From Mobula hypostoma (lineage: Eukaryota), in NCBI RefSeq assembly GCF_963921235.1, contig NC_086108.1:59584001-59648000 (forward strand): a DNA stretch of 64,000 nt. The letters are read 5' to 3'. Shown here in pieces: positions 13,211-25,775 of this stretch; within the stretch, counting starts at the first letter, position 1; every line of letters starts with the position of its first letter. The notes beneath the pieces were generated by a model. That model was not told where the DNA came from. It saw only the letters and a program-made list of their open reading frames with translations, and made no database searches. Both the position numbers and the translations under genes were made by a program.

Positions 13211-13820
13211 AGTGGGATGCAAGAGGTTAGGTATCACCAGCCTGAAAATGACAATTCTCCTTCACCCAGGCAGAGGAGTCACTAAGGCCCACATCATCTC
13301 AAGAACAGAAAATGACCTAGAAGGAGCAAGTATGCTCATTAATAATGCTTCATGGTGATAACTCATCTTTAGAAGGCATCACCATGACTATCCATGAAAG
13401 GCCTTTCTGAGGACTTCTTTCAGGGGCAATGACTAGTGTTTTGTCTTTGCAGGATATCAGAAGAGGCCCCCTGTTTTCCCTCACTAGAGATTTGGAACAG
13501 GAGCAGAAGGAAGGAAGATTAAAGAGACAGGAGGAGGAAGGTAATGATCAACAGCACCTAAGACTTTTACTGCTAGCTGTAGGTATTTTATTTTAGCAGT
13601 TCTGTAAGAGCAGTCTGCCCTTTATTCAGCCTGTTTGGCTTTGAGCTAAGATAAGGGGCTTTGTAGTTCAACTTCAGAATGTGGTGTCATCCAATCAGGA
13701 TAGGGGAATTGGGAGAAGATTCTAGAGAACACTGGGCAGAGAGGTTTTGGTGAAGGACACTAATGTTTGTCTGGAGGTTCCCTGCTTCCTCAACACTACT
13801 TGCCCCTTCACCCATCTTTG

Positions 13821-15097
13821 GTAGAAGAAATAAAAGGGTAGACTATTCTCTAAATGGAGAGAAACTTCAAACACCTGAGGTACAAAGGGACTTGGGAGTC
13901 CTTGTGCAGGCTTTTTTGCAAGGTTAATTTGCAGATTGAGTCAGTGGTGAGGAAGATAAATGAGATGTTAGCATTCATTTCAAGACAACTAGAATATAAA
14001 AGCAAGGATATAATGTTGAGGCTGTATAAAACACTGGTGAGGCCTCACTTGGAATATTGCGAGCAGTTTTTGGCCTCTTGAAACTGAAGCAAGTTCAAAG
14101 GAAGTTCACAAACCTGATTCCAGGATTGAATGGCTTGTCATATGAAGTGTGTTTGATGGCTTTGGGTATGGACCTGGTAAGGAAGTTGTCCTGTCCAAGA
14201 CTGGAAGAAGCTGCAGAAGATCGTGAACACGGTGCAGCACATCACACAAACCAATCTTCCGTCCTTAGACTCACTTTACACCACACGCTGTCGGAGCAGT
14301 GCTGCCAGGATAATCAAGGACATGACCCACCCAGCCAACACACTTTTCGTCCCTCTTCCCTCCGGGAGAAGACTCAGGAACTTGAAGATGCGTATGGCCA
14401 GATTTGGGAACAGCTTCTTTCCAACTGTGATAAGACTGCTGAACGGATCCTGACCCGGATCTGGGCTGTACCCTCCAAATATCCGGACCTGCCTCTCGGT
14501 TTTTTTGCACTACCTTACTTTCCATTTTTCTATTTTCTATTTATGATTTATAATTTAAATTTTTAATACTTACTATTGATTTGTAATCCAAGGAGCGTGA
14601 AGCGCAGAATCAAATATCGCTGTGATGATTCTACGTTCTAATATCAATTGTTTGGCGACAATAAAGTATGAAGTATATTCGCTAGAATTCAGAAGAATGA
14701 GAGGTGACCTTATTGAAACCCATCGAATAGTGAAAGGCCTCAACAGAGTGGATGTGGAGAGAATGTTTCCTATTGTGGGAGAGTATAGCACCAGAGAAAC
14801 AGCCTCTGAATGAAGAGAAAATAGAGGGGCAAGCATCTAGATTAGAGATGAGGAGCAATTTCTTTAGAGAGTGGTGAATTGGTGGAATTCTTTGCCACAG
14901 GCAGCTGTGCAGGCCAAGTCATTACATATACTTAAGGAAGAGGTTGATAGATTCTTGATTGTTCAGGGCAAGAAGGGATATGGGGAGAAGGCAGGAGACT
15001 GGGACTGAGGGGGAAAATGGATCAGCCATGATGAAATGGCAGAGCAGACCTGATGAGCCAAATGGCCTAATTCTGCTCCTATATCTTATAGTCTCAG
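13821..15097 (+). mobile_element. CR1 3' portion with nested Rex-like insertion
   Basis: LYKTLVRPHLEYC, LEFRRMRGDLIET; 3' end ctcctatatcttatagtctc. Confidence 0.85.
14172..14674 (+). mobile_element. Rex1/Babar-like LINE 3' end (same family as 33612-35620 and 62531-63130)
   Basis: LPSGRRLR..RFGNSFFPTVIRLLN; aataaagtatgaagta tail. Confidence 0.82.
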
Positions 15098-15399
15098 TAT
15101 CATCTGTAAACTTGGCCACAAAGCCACCAATTTCATCATCCAAATCATTGACATATGATATGAAAAAAAGCTGTCCGAGTATCGATTCCTGTGGAACACC
15201 AGTAGATTCAGCAGCCAGTGGGTACTTTTGTGCAAACAGGTCAGAGCAGAAAGATGGGGTGGTATTGTTATTTGTGGAAGGTAACAGAGTGGTGCTGAGT
15301 CAGTTGATAGTGGAACATAGAACAGTACAGCACTGTGTAGATCCTGTGACCCACAATGTTGTTGCAATCTACAGTATATAAACCTACTCCATGATCAAT

Positions 15400-15580
15400 C
15401 TCAGCAGATCAGGCTGCATCTGTGGAGGGAAATGAGCAGTTGATGTTTCTGGCCGAGCCCCTTCATCAAGACACTGATGAAGGGTCTCAATAAAGTGTCT
15501 TGATGAAGGAACTTGATCCAAAAAATCAATGAATTATTTCCCTCTATAGATGCTTTCTGGCCTGCTGAGTTCCTCCAACA
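15400..15580. repeat. Degenerate inverted pair of PLE pseudo-LTR ends (hairpin) with eroded hammerhead cores
   Basis: 15400-15434 is approximately the reverse complement of 15535-15569; tgatgaagg cores on both strands. Confidence 0.65.
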
Positions 15581-16660
15581 TCAGAATCAGAATCAGATTT
15601 ATTACCACTGGCATGTGATGTGAAATTTGTTAACCTTGCAGCAGCAGTTCAATGCAATACAAAATCTAGCAGAGAAAAAAAAATACATAAAATAAGAAAT
15701 AATAATAAATAAACAAGTAAATCAATTACGTATATTGAATTAATTAAAAAACGTGCAAAAACAGAAATACTCTATATTAAAAAAAAGCAATGTGGTGTCC
15801 AAAGCTTCGTTGTCCATTTAGGAATCAGATGGCAGAGGGGAAGAAGCTGTTCCTGAATCGCTGAGTGTGAGCCTTCAGGATTCTGTACCTCCTACCTGAT
15901 GGTAACAGTGAGAAAAGGGCATGCCCTGGATGCTGGAGATCCTTAATAATGGATGCTGCCTTACTGAGACACCGCACCCTAAAGATGTCCTGGGCACTTT
16001 GTAGGCTAGTGCCCAAGATGGAGCTGACTAGATTTACAACCTTCTGCAGCTTTTTTCGGTCCTATGCAGTAACCCCTCCATACCAGACAGTGATGCAGCC
16101 TGTCAGAATGTTCTCCACGGCACAACTATAGAAGTTTTTGAGTGTATTTGTTGACATGCCAAATCTCTTCAAACTCTGAATAAAGTATAGCCGCTGTCTT
16201 GCCTTCTTTATGACTACATCAATGTGTTGGGACCAGGTTAGATCCTTAGAGATCTTGACACCCAGGAACTTGAAGCTGCTCACTCTCTCCACTTCTGATC
16301 CCTCTATGAGGATTGGTATGTGTTCCTTCATCTTACCCTTCCTGAAGTCCACAATCAGCTCTTTTGTCTTACTGATTTTGAATGCCAGATTGTTGCTGCG
16401 GTACCATTCCACTAGTTGGCATATCTCACTCCTGTATGCCCTCTAGTCACCACCAGAGATTCTACCAACAACGGTTGTATCGTCAGCAAATTTATAGATG
16501 GTATTTGAGCTATTCCTAGCCCCGTAGTCAAGTGGATATAGAGAGTAGAGCAGTGGGCTAAGCACAAAACCCTGAGGTGTTGGTTGCATTAGGAACCCTG
16601 TGTTGATCGTCAGCAAGGAGGATATGTTATCACCAATCTGCACTGTGGTCTTCTGGTTAC
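15580..16660 (-). mobile_element. Rex1/Babar-like LINE 3' portion
   Basis: [44 protein letters not shown]; (TTCTGA)n tail. Confidence 0.87.
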
Positions 16661-17019
16661 GAAGTTAGAAACATTTTATGTTTGTTTCTCAAAATTTCTG
16701 TTTTATTTGCAGAATGTTATGTCTACGATCAATCTAACTGCTCTCTTCTACATAGACCATAACCCTCTATCTTTCTTTCATCCATGTGCCTATCAAAGAG
16801 TCCCTTAAATATCCCTAATGCACCAGCCTCAACCATTACACCTGGCAACCAGAATTAAACACAATACACAAAACTCAGAGGTAGGTTATAGGAATGGGAT
16901 CCAGAAATACTGCACTAATTAGTTGAAAATGTTCATAATTTGTGAAACTCCAAGAGGGCATCAGAAGTATGGAAAAACAGCCTCTGCAAATCCCTTGTTC
17001 ACAAAGGAAGAAAGATTGA

Positions 17020-17520
17020 GAAGTACAGGCCAGATCATTTAACATTTATAATTGGCAAGATGGTAGAGTCAATATTCAAAAAAGGAAAAAGCTAATCATT
17101 TAGGAATGCTATATACAGCTAAACTGGTTCACATGTTTTTAAGAAAAGTAAGTCATATTTGACAAATTTACAAGGATATAACATGGAAAGTTAATGGAAG
17201 GGAAATTTTAGATGTAGTGTATTTAGATTTTTAAAAGGCATTAGAAAATATGCCACATAGGAGGCTGGTGTATAAATTGGAAATTCATGGTATTAGAGGA
17301 GGTGCGTTCCATGGAATGAAAATGGCAATCTCATCAAAGACAGAGATCTGGAATAAATGGGCCCTTTTCAGAGTAGAAGCAGGTCACAAGTGGAGTACTG
17401 TGGAGATCAGTTCTTGGCCCACAATTGTTCACAATTTGCGTTAATGACCTGAAGGAAGGAATAGTATGGAAGTCAAAATTGATACGAAAATAGATGATAG
17501 GGCATGCTGTGATAAGAATG
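17020..17520 (+). mobile_element. Highly degraded CR1 RT fragment
   Basis: DVVYLDF.KA..MPHRRLVYKL remnant. Confidence 0.6.
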
Positions 17521-20177
17521 CTCTGAGGCAAAGAGTCAATAAAGCAGAGACCAGACATTGTGTATCTGAGTTTCATGGTCGGTCAGGTGACTCAGCTCTT
17601 GGTGTGGAGGATGAAACAATGGTCATGTGAACTGAGTGTTAAAAATAATTTGTGTCTTTATCTACCCACCCACTGAGAGGTTCTTCGATATGCGGGTTCA
17701 GTACGTTGATGTTTTCCCTTACAAGGTCACCACTTCACCTTCCACTGTGACTTCTTATGCTGCCTCTTTTCCTAGACAGTAGGCCAAAAAAGCTGAAAAA
17801 TCTAGCGTGAAGACTCCTGTAGTTATTAAGTTCATCTGTATAAACTCAAAATTAAAGGGAGCAACTTTCTGGTGGCAAAACAGTATGGACACAGTGAACA
17901 CTACAATATTATGAGAATATTAAAACACACGTTTGAATAATTTACAGAAAACCAAATGGCTTTCCATTTGTATATCTACAAATATATTATTTTATTTGAA
18001 ACAACTCTCAAGTCACTTACACTGTCAAAGCTTTCTCATTAGGACAAATAACATAGATAAGTGTCCAGAGATAAATCACATTGGCGTGGTAGTGGCTGAC
18101 CTAACATTGTTCATCTATGAAGGATGTCCATTTCATGCAAACCATATGAATATTTATTGCGTTTATGGTTCAGGCGTTGATTCAGGCATCCAAGTGCCAG
18201 CAGTATCCCTTTAAATAGTAAGAGAAGAGGAAACAAGGAAGTGTTTCAGGAAATCCATTTCAAAATGATCATAACCTAGAGCTCGTTATGGTAAATTTTG
18301 TCACTTCGGGCTGAACAGAGTTTTGCATGACTAACAACAAATTATCAAAATCCGCTGACGAATGCAAATGTTCGAGGCAGACGTAAACCTGAATAATCGA
18401 TAGGTTGTTTTATTTCAAAGACAATGTATTTTTAATTTTTTTTTACCATCAGTCTGTGTGGTATATTTAAATAGTGGTATGCTGTATGGTGTATTTGATC
18501 AAATGGACATTGATGTGTACATGTGAATGGTCTGTGAAGAAACTCAAATAAACCACTCACAACTTCTCACGGAGTCCATATTTCCCACTTGGATGTACAC
18601 TGCATGTTACTGCACTGGGAACTTCTGAAGTACAGGCATTACAGTCCGGTCTGCTTACACATCATTAAGGTGAATAGGAAAAGAAGCTGTGACTCATAGA
18701 CAAATGTTGATTGATGGTTACTTAATGTTTTATAAATTTTATGGTAGGTGTTACAGAGAGAAAAATCAACCTACTTGATTGAAGCAGTTGATATAAATAC
18801 CATCCATGCTCTTCATTAAAGAGCTTTGCTTTGTTGTCTAGCTTCAAGATGTTCACTTCAGCAGGAACAAATCACATTTCATTTTCCATTTCTATCTCTA
18901 TTCTCCTACTGGACACCAAGCAACAGCAAAGCTGACGTGTGGTACAATCAACAGCTTTTTCATGGATGAGCACGTTTAATACCCTTTGTTCATCAGTGGC
19001 AATGCATTAAAGGGGCCATTGGAGATCTAGTTTTTTAAAAAAATTGTTTTGTGCATACTTAAGTTGGATTATTACTTATTTTATGTGCAACAGGCAGTTG
19101 TACTTGGTTATCTGCCAATAACAGGGAAGCTGCATAATTGATACAGGTTTTTTTATTAACACTGCCAAGTATATGAGCAATTTATATGTAACGACTTGCC
19201 ACATAAACTCAATTAAAAGAGGCAACAAAAAGAAAACAACTGCTGCTTATACTCATGTTGCCAGCTTAGTGAATGAATGAATTTGGCAGTACAAGGTTGA
19301 TCTTGCGGTTTGATTTGAGTGAGGATCGGCTTTTGAGTACCTCAGTAAGAAAATACAATCCTCATGGAACATGGGAACAGGAGCTGGCCAGGCAAACTAT
19401 TGGATCTGCTCCAACTTTCAGCTATGCCATGACTGATCTGAACCCAGCATTTTTTGAGCTACCAGGGACCAAGTCCTTTGAAAGCCATGCTTAAACACTC
19501 ATCACTTTCAATCATTAAAGCTCTCATATCGAAGTATCCACAGTCATTTGAACTGAAGTACTGAAATTCTACTACCCTAAATGGAAAAGCTGATTTCTTG
19601 TTTCCCCTTCTAACTAGCATTGCTCCAATCTTAAGACTGATGAATCCTGAAAACATGATTTACCTTTCTTAGAACTATGTTGACCAGGTTAACTATATTT
19701 AGCTTTCCTAAATGATCAGCTTGACTCTACCATCTTAAATGATCTGGACTGTACTTCTGTGCAGTAATGAGTAGTGAGGATCTGGCCTTCAAGATACCAA
19801 AATTGTCTGTATTTGGCAGTGTATGGGCAAAATTCCTTACCATTTGCCTATTATGACACGTGGATTTCAAAGTCAGCCAAAGTAAATTTATTCTCAAAGT
19901 ATGTATATGTCCCTATATATAACCTATGTCGCTATTCATTTTCTTGAAGGCATTTACAGGGAAATAAAGAAATGCAATAGAATTTGTGAAAAACTACACA
20001 CAAGTAAAGACAGACAAACGCATGTGTAAGGAATTGTACCTCTGCTCCTGCCCCACAAGATAAACTAGTTGCTTGAATGGAAACAACAGGAATTCTGCAG
20101 ATGCTGGAAATTCAAGCAACATACATCAAAGTTGCTGGTGAACGCAGCAGGCCAAGCAGCATCTATAGGAAGAGGCG

Positions 20178-20215
20178 CAGTCGACGTTTCAGGCCGAGAC
20201 CCTTCGTCAGGACTA
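20178..20215 (-). ncRNA. Minimal hammerhead ribozyme motif (intact core)
   Basis: Reverse complement UAGUC-CUGACGA-AGG-gucucgg-CCU-GAAA-CGUC-GACUG. Confidence 0.82.
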
Positions 20216-21614
20216 ACTGAAGGAAGAGTGAGTAAGGGATTTGAAAGCCGGAGGGGGAGGGGGAGATGCAAAATGATAGGAGAAGACAGGAGGGGGAGGG
20301 ATAGAGCCGAGAGCTGGACAGGTGATAGGCAAAAGGGGATACGAGAGGATCATGGGACAGGAGGTCCGGGAAGAAAGACGGGGGGGGGGGTGACCCAGAG
20401 GATGGGCAAGAGGTATATTCAGAGGGACAGAGGGAGAAAAAGGAGAGTGAGAGAAAGAATGTGTGCATAAAAATGAGTAACAGCTGGGGTACGAGGGGGA
20501 GGTGGGGCCTAGCGGAAGTTAGAGAAGTCAATGTTCATGCCATCAGTTGGAGGCTACCCAGACGGAATATAAGGTGTTGTTCCTCCAACCTGAGTGTGGC
20601 TTCATCTTTACAGTAGAGGAGGCCGTGGATAGACATGTCAGAATGGGAATGGGATGTGGAATTAAAATGTGTGGCCACTGGGAGATCCTGCTTTCTCTGG
20701 CGGACAGAGCGTAGATGTTCAGCAAAGCGGTCTCCCAGTCTGCGTCGGGTCTCACCAATATATAAAAGGCCACATCGGGAGCACCGGACGCAGTATATCA
20801 CCCCAGTCGACTCACAGGTGAAGTGATGCCTCACCTGGAAGGACTGTTTGGGGCCCTGAATGGTGGTAAGGGAGGAAGTGTAAGGGCATGTGTAGCACTT
20901 GTTCCGCTTACACGGATAAGTGCCAGGAGGGAGATCAGTGGGGAGGGATGGGGGGGACGAATGGACAAGGGAGTTGTGTAGGGAGCGATCCCTGCGGAAT
21001 GCAGAGAGAGGGGGGGAGGGAAAGATGTGCTTAGTGGTGGGATCCTGTTGGAGGTGGCGGAAGTTACGGAGAATAATATGTTGGACCCGGAGGCTGGTGG
21101 GGTGGTAGGTAGGTAAGGACCAGGGGAACCCTATTCCTAGTGAGGTGGTGGGAGGATGGAGTGAGAGCAGATGTACGTGAAATGGAGGAGATGCGTTTAA
21201 GAGCAGAGTTGATAGTGGAGGAAGGGAAGCCCCTTTCTTTAAAAAATGAAGACATCTCCCTCGTCCTAGAATGAAAAGCCTCATCCTGAGAGCAGATGCG
21301 GCGGAGACGGAGGAATTGCGAGAAGGGGATGGCGTTTTTGCAAGAGACAGGGTGAGAAGAGGAATAGTCCAGATAGCTGTGAGAGTCAGTAGGCTTATAG
21401 TAGACATCAGTGGATAAGCTGTCTCCAGAGACAGAGACAGAAAGATCTAGAAAGGGGAGGGAGGTGTCGGAAATGGACCAGGTAAACTTGAGGGCAGGGT
21501 GAAAGTTGGAGGCAAAGTTAATAAAGTCAACGAGTTCTGCATGCGTGCAGGAAGCAGCGCCAATGCAGTCGTCGATATAGTGAAGGAAAAGTGGGGGACA
21601 GATACCAGAATAGG

Positions 21615-22635
21615 CGTTGACTTTATTAACTTTGCCTCCAACTTTCACCCTGCCCTCAAGTTTACCTGGTCCATTTCCGACACCTCCCTCCCCTTTCTAG
21701 ATCTTTCTGTCTCTGTCTCTGGAGACAGCTTATCCACTGATGTCTACTATAAGCCTACTGACTCTCACAGCTATCTGGACTATTCCTCTTCTCACCCTGT
21801 CTCTTGCAAAAACGCCATCCCCTTCTCGCAATTCCTCCGTCTCCGCCGCATCTGCTCTCAGGATGAGGCTTTTCATTCTAGGACGAGGGAGATGTCTTCA
21901 TTTTTTAAAGAAAGGGGCTTCCCTTCCTCCACTATCAACTCTGCTCTTAAATGCATCTCCTCCATTTCACGTACATCTGCTCTCACTCCATCCTCCCACC
22001 ACCCCACTAGGAATAGGGTTCCCCTGGTCCTCACCTACCACCCCACCAGCCTCCGGGTCCAACATATTATTCTCCGTAACTTCCGCCACCTCCAACGGGA
22101 TCCCACCACTAAGCACATCTTTCCCTCCCCCCCTCTCTCTGCATTCCGCAGGGATCGCTCCCTACACAACTCCCTTGTCCATTCGTCCCCCCCATCCCTC
22201 CCCACTGATCTCCCTCCTGGCACTTATCTGTGTAAGCGGAACAAGTGCTACACATGCCCTTACACTTCCTCCCTCACCACCATTCAGGGCCCCAAACAGT
22301 CCTTCCAGGTGAGGCATCACTTCACCTGTGAGTCGACTGGGGTGATATACTGCGTCCGGTGCTCCCGATGTGGCCTTTTATATATTGGTGAGACCCGACG
22401 CAGACTGGGAGACCGCTTTGCTGAACATCTACGCTCTGTCCGCCAGAGAAAGCAGGATCTCCCAGTGGCCACACACTTTAATTCCACATCCCATTCCCAT
22501 TCTGACATGTCTATCCACGGCCTCCTCTACTGTAAAGATGAAGCCACACTCAGGTTGGAGGAACAACACCTTATATTCCGTCTGGGTAGCCTCCAACCTG
22601 ATGGCATGAACATTGACTTCTCTAACTTCCGCTAA
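21615..22635 (+). pseudogene. Uninterrupted C-terminal part of PLE polyprotein (RT end/thumb, Cys linker, GIY-YIG endonuclease), 5'-truncated
   Basis: LPFLDL, VYYKPTDSHSYLDYSSSHP, CKRNKCYTC, GVIYCVRCSRCGLLYIGETRRRLGDRFAEH; the Cys-rich linker is typical of Neptune-group PLEs. Confidence 0.88.
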
Positions 22636-22933
22636 GGCCCCACCTCCCCCTCGTACCCCATCTGTTACTCATTTTTATGCACACATTCTTTCTCTCACTC
22701 TCCTTTTTCTCCCTCTGTCCCTCTGAATATACCTCTTGCCCATCCTCTGGGTCACCCCGCCCCCCCCTTGTCTTTCTTCCCGGACCTCCTGTCCCATGAT
22801 CCTCTCGTATCCCCTTTTGCCTATCACCTGTCCAGCTCTCGGCTCTATCCCTCCCCCTCCTGTCTTCTCCTATCATTTTGCATCTCCCCCTCCCCCTCCA
22901 GCTTTCAAATCCCTTACTCACTCTTCCTTCAGT

Positions 22934-22971
22934 TAGTCCTGACGAAGGGTCTCGGCCTGAAACGTCGACTG
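22934..22971 (+). ncRNA. Minimal hammerhead ribozyme motif (intact core)
   Basis: tagtc ctgacga agg gtctcgg cct gaaa cgtc gactg. Confidence 0.82.
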
Positions 22972-23891
22972 CGCCTCTTCCTATAGATGCTGCTTGGCCT
23001 GCTGCGTTCACCAGCAACTTTGATGTATGTTGCTTGCTTGAATGGATCCTATTGAACTCCTTTCATGTTTTAAACAGTTTGATCAAGTTGGTCCTCTGTC
23101 TGATATAGTGACGAGAATCCAAGCCAACTTTCTTTCAATCTGGTTAACATGATTGAATAATTAAAATAATATGTATTTCTTGTACTTCACCTCCCAATTC
23201 CAAAAATATATCATAGCTGCTGCACCAAGATCTCAGTCTGACCTAAACTTGTTTACTAAGTGAGAAATACATTTTGGCAACACAATGTCACAGAAACGAT
23301 TCTTTCCATTGGCAACATGAAAGAATTTTCATTCTGAACTTGCATAAAAAGGGATCATATATACATTACATTACTCGGGGAAGAGTCATTTATTTCTTGA
23401 AACAATGCTCACAGCGGTCGGATCTATACAGCATGTTAAAGCAGCAATTGCATTATTTTTTAATGAGAGGTATGTCTTCTGGGGCACATTTGAATGGGAG
23501 CGAGAAGCTTCTAATGTATTCTACTGAGCAATTCAAATGAAGGTAGCACCTTTCAGTTTGATATCAGCTAATTTGAAGCTCCAGATGACAAGAGATATTG
23601 GGGCTCTGAAGAAGGAAAAGGAGGCATATGTCAGGTATACACAGCTAGGTCAAGTGAATTCCTTGAGGATTATGCAGGATGTAATAGTACACCTAAGAGG
23701 GCAAATAGAAGGGCGAAAAGAGAGCATGAGATAGCCTTGGCAGATAAGATCAAGGCAAATCCAGAGACTATGCAAGTATATTGAGGGCAGAAAGGTAACT
23801 AGGGAGATGATAGGGCCCTTAAAGATAAGTGAGGTCATCAAGTGTGGATCCACAGGAGATGGAAGAGATCCTTAATAAATATTTCTTGAGT

Positions 23892-23964
23892 AACACACAC
23901 AAAATGCCGGATGAACTCAATAGGCCAGGGAGCATCTATGGAAAGGAATGAAGAGTCGACGTTT
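23892..23964 (-). mobile_element. ~70 bp PLE pseudo-LTR stub starting at the hammerhead (G)AAACGUC
   Basis: aacacacacaaaatgc..gtcgacgttt matches the PLE terminus; aatattt occurs on both sides. Confidence 0.6.
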
Positions 23965-24410
23965 GAATATTTTGCCTCTCTATTTACCAAGGAGAAAGAC
24001 ATGGATGCTAGGTGACTGAAGGAATTTAATAATGTTGTCCTGAAGGGAGTCCATATTACAGAAAAGGAAGTGATTAATGTCTTAAAGTATACTGCATATA
24101 GATAAATACCTGAGATCTGATCAAGTGTATTGTAGGACTTTGTGAAGAGCTGAGAACAATTATGGGTCCTATGCTGGAGGTATTTGTTTTATTAATAGTT
24201 GTGGGTGAGTCACTGGAAGACTGGAGGACGATTAATGTTGTGTCTTCATTTAAGAAAGGCTTCAAGGAAATTCCCGGGAACTATGAACCAATGAACCTAA
24301 CATCAGTGGTGGGTAAGTTATTGGAGGGAATTCTGAGTGACAGGATCTACAAGCAAGGGCTGATTAGCAATTGTCAACACTGTCTTTGGCATGGAAAATC
24401 CTGTCTCACC

Positions 24411-25440
24411 TTACACTTGTGACTGTGTGGCCAAGCACACCTCCAATGTCATATTCAAGTTTGCTGATGACGCCACTGTCATAGGCCAAATCAAAGGTGG
24501 TGACAAATCAGCATACAGGAGGGAGAATAAAAATCTGGCAGTGGTGCCATAACAGCAACCTCTTACTCAATGTCAGCTAGACCAGAGAGCTGATTATTGA
24601 CTTCAGCAGAAAGAAACCAGAGGTTCATGAGCCAGTCCTCTTCAGAGCATCAGAGGTGAAGAGGGTCAGCAACCTCCTCAATGTTAACATTTTGGAGGAC
24701 CTGTCTTGGGCACAGTGTGTAAGTGCAATTACGAAGAAAGCATAGCAGCACTTCTACTTCCTTAAGAATTTGCAAAGATTCAGCAGGATATCTAAAACTT
24801 TGACAAACATCTATAGATGTGTAGTGGAGAGTATATTGACTGGCTGTATCAAAGGCAGCTATGGAAATACCGATGCCCTTGAATGTAAAATCCAACAAAA
24901 AGTAGTGGATACAGCTCAGACCGTCATGGGTAAAGTCCTCCCTACCACTGAGCACATCTACACAAAGTGCTGTTGTAGGAAAGCAGCATCCATCATCAGG
25001 GATCCACACCACTCAGAACATGCTCTCTTCTCACTACTGCCATTAGGAAGAAGGTACAAGAGCCTAGGGACTCGCACCACCAGGTTCAGGAGCAATTTCC
25101 ATCCCTCAGCCATCATTTACTTAAACCACAGGGGATAACTTCACTAAATTTCAGTTGCTCCATCATTGAAGTGCTCCCACAACCTATGGACTCAATGTCA
25201 AGGACTCTTTATCTCATGTTCCTGCTATTTATTGCTTAGTTTTTTTCTTTTTGTATTTGCACCGCTTATTGTCTTTTGCACACTGGTTGAATGCCCAAGT
25301 TTGTGCAGTTTTTCATTGATTCTATTATGGTTATTATTCTATTATGGATTTACTGAATATACCACCACAAGAAAATCAATCACAAAGTTGTATAGCGTGA
25401 CATATATGCACTTTGATAATAAATTTACTTTGAACTTTTG
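24411..25440 (+). mobile_element. Rex1/Babar-like LINE 3' portion
   Basis: FKFADD, YRCVVESILTGCI, LLPLGRRYKSL; aataaatttactttgaac tail. Confidence 0.85.
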
Positions 25441-25460
25441 ATTAGGGATAGTCAGCATTG

Positions 25461-25775
25461 ATTGGGCATGTGGACAAGTGGTTAAGGCATTGGACTAGCT
25501 ACCTGAAGGCTGTGAGTTCAAGCCCCAGCCAAGGGAACGTGTTGTGTCCTTGAGCAAGGCACTTAATCACACATTGCTCTGCGACGACACTGGTGCCAAG
25601 CTATATGGGTCCTAGTGCCCTTCCCATGGACAACATTGGTGTTGTGGAGAGGGGAGACGTGCAGCATGGGCAACTGCTGGTCTTCCATACAACCTTGCCC
25701 AGGCCTGTGCTCCGGAGAGTGAAAACTTTCCAGGGGCAGATCCATGGTCTTGCAAGAGTAACGGATGCCTTTAAA
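25461..25775 (+). mobile_element. tRNA-derived SINE with CORE-like central motif
   Basis: A box tggacaagtgg 25471-25481, B box gttcaagcc 25516-25524, core tgtgtccttgagcaaggcacttaa; TSD agtcagcattg at 25450-25460 and 25776-25786. Confidence 0.85.

Larger units (their letters stand above)
13776..15202 (-). mobile_element. Old CR1 RT fragment split into 13776-13820 and 15098-15202 by a plus-strand CR1
   Basis: cccatctttg and tatcatctgtaaacttgg join to give the minus-strand FVAKFTDDT-K-G-G segment. Confidence 0.6.
20082..23033. mobile_element. Palindromic Penelope-like insertion: minus-strand arm ~20082-21614 and plus-strand arm 21615-23033
   Basis: ~20113-21532 is nearly the exact reverse complement of 21615-~23035, with an 82 bp spacer; perfect TSD ttgcttgaatgga at 20069-20081 and 23034-23046. 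Confidence 0.95.

Noticed and set aside
21499..22635. 378 aa ORF, the longest in the window, as a functional gene
   Set aside because: The first ~39 codons are antisense PLE sequence fused at the inversion junction; the rest is a truncated PLE ORF lacking the YIDD motif.
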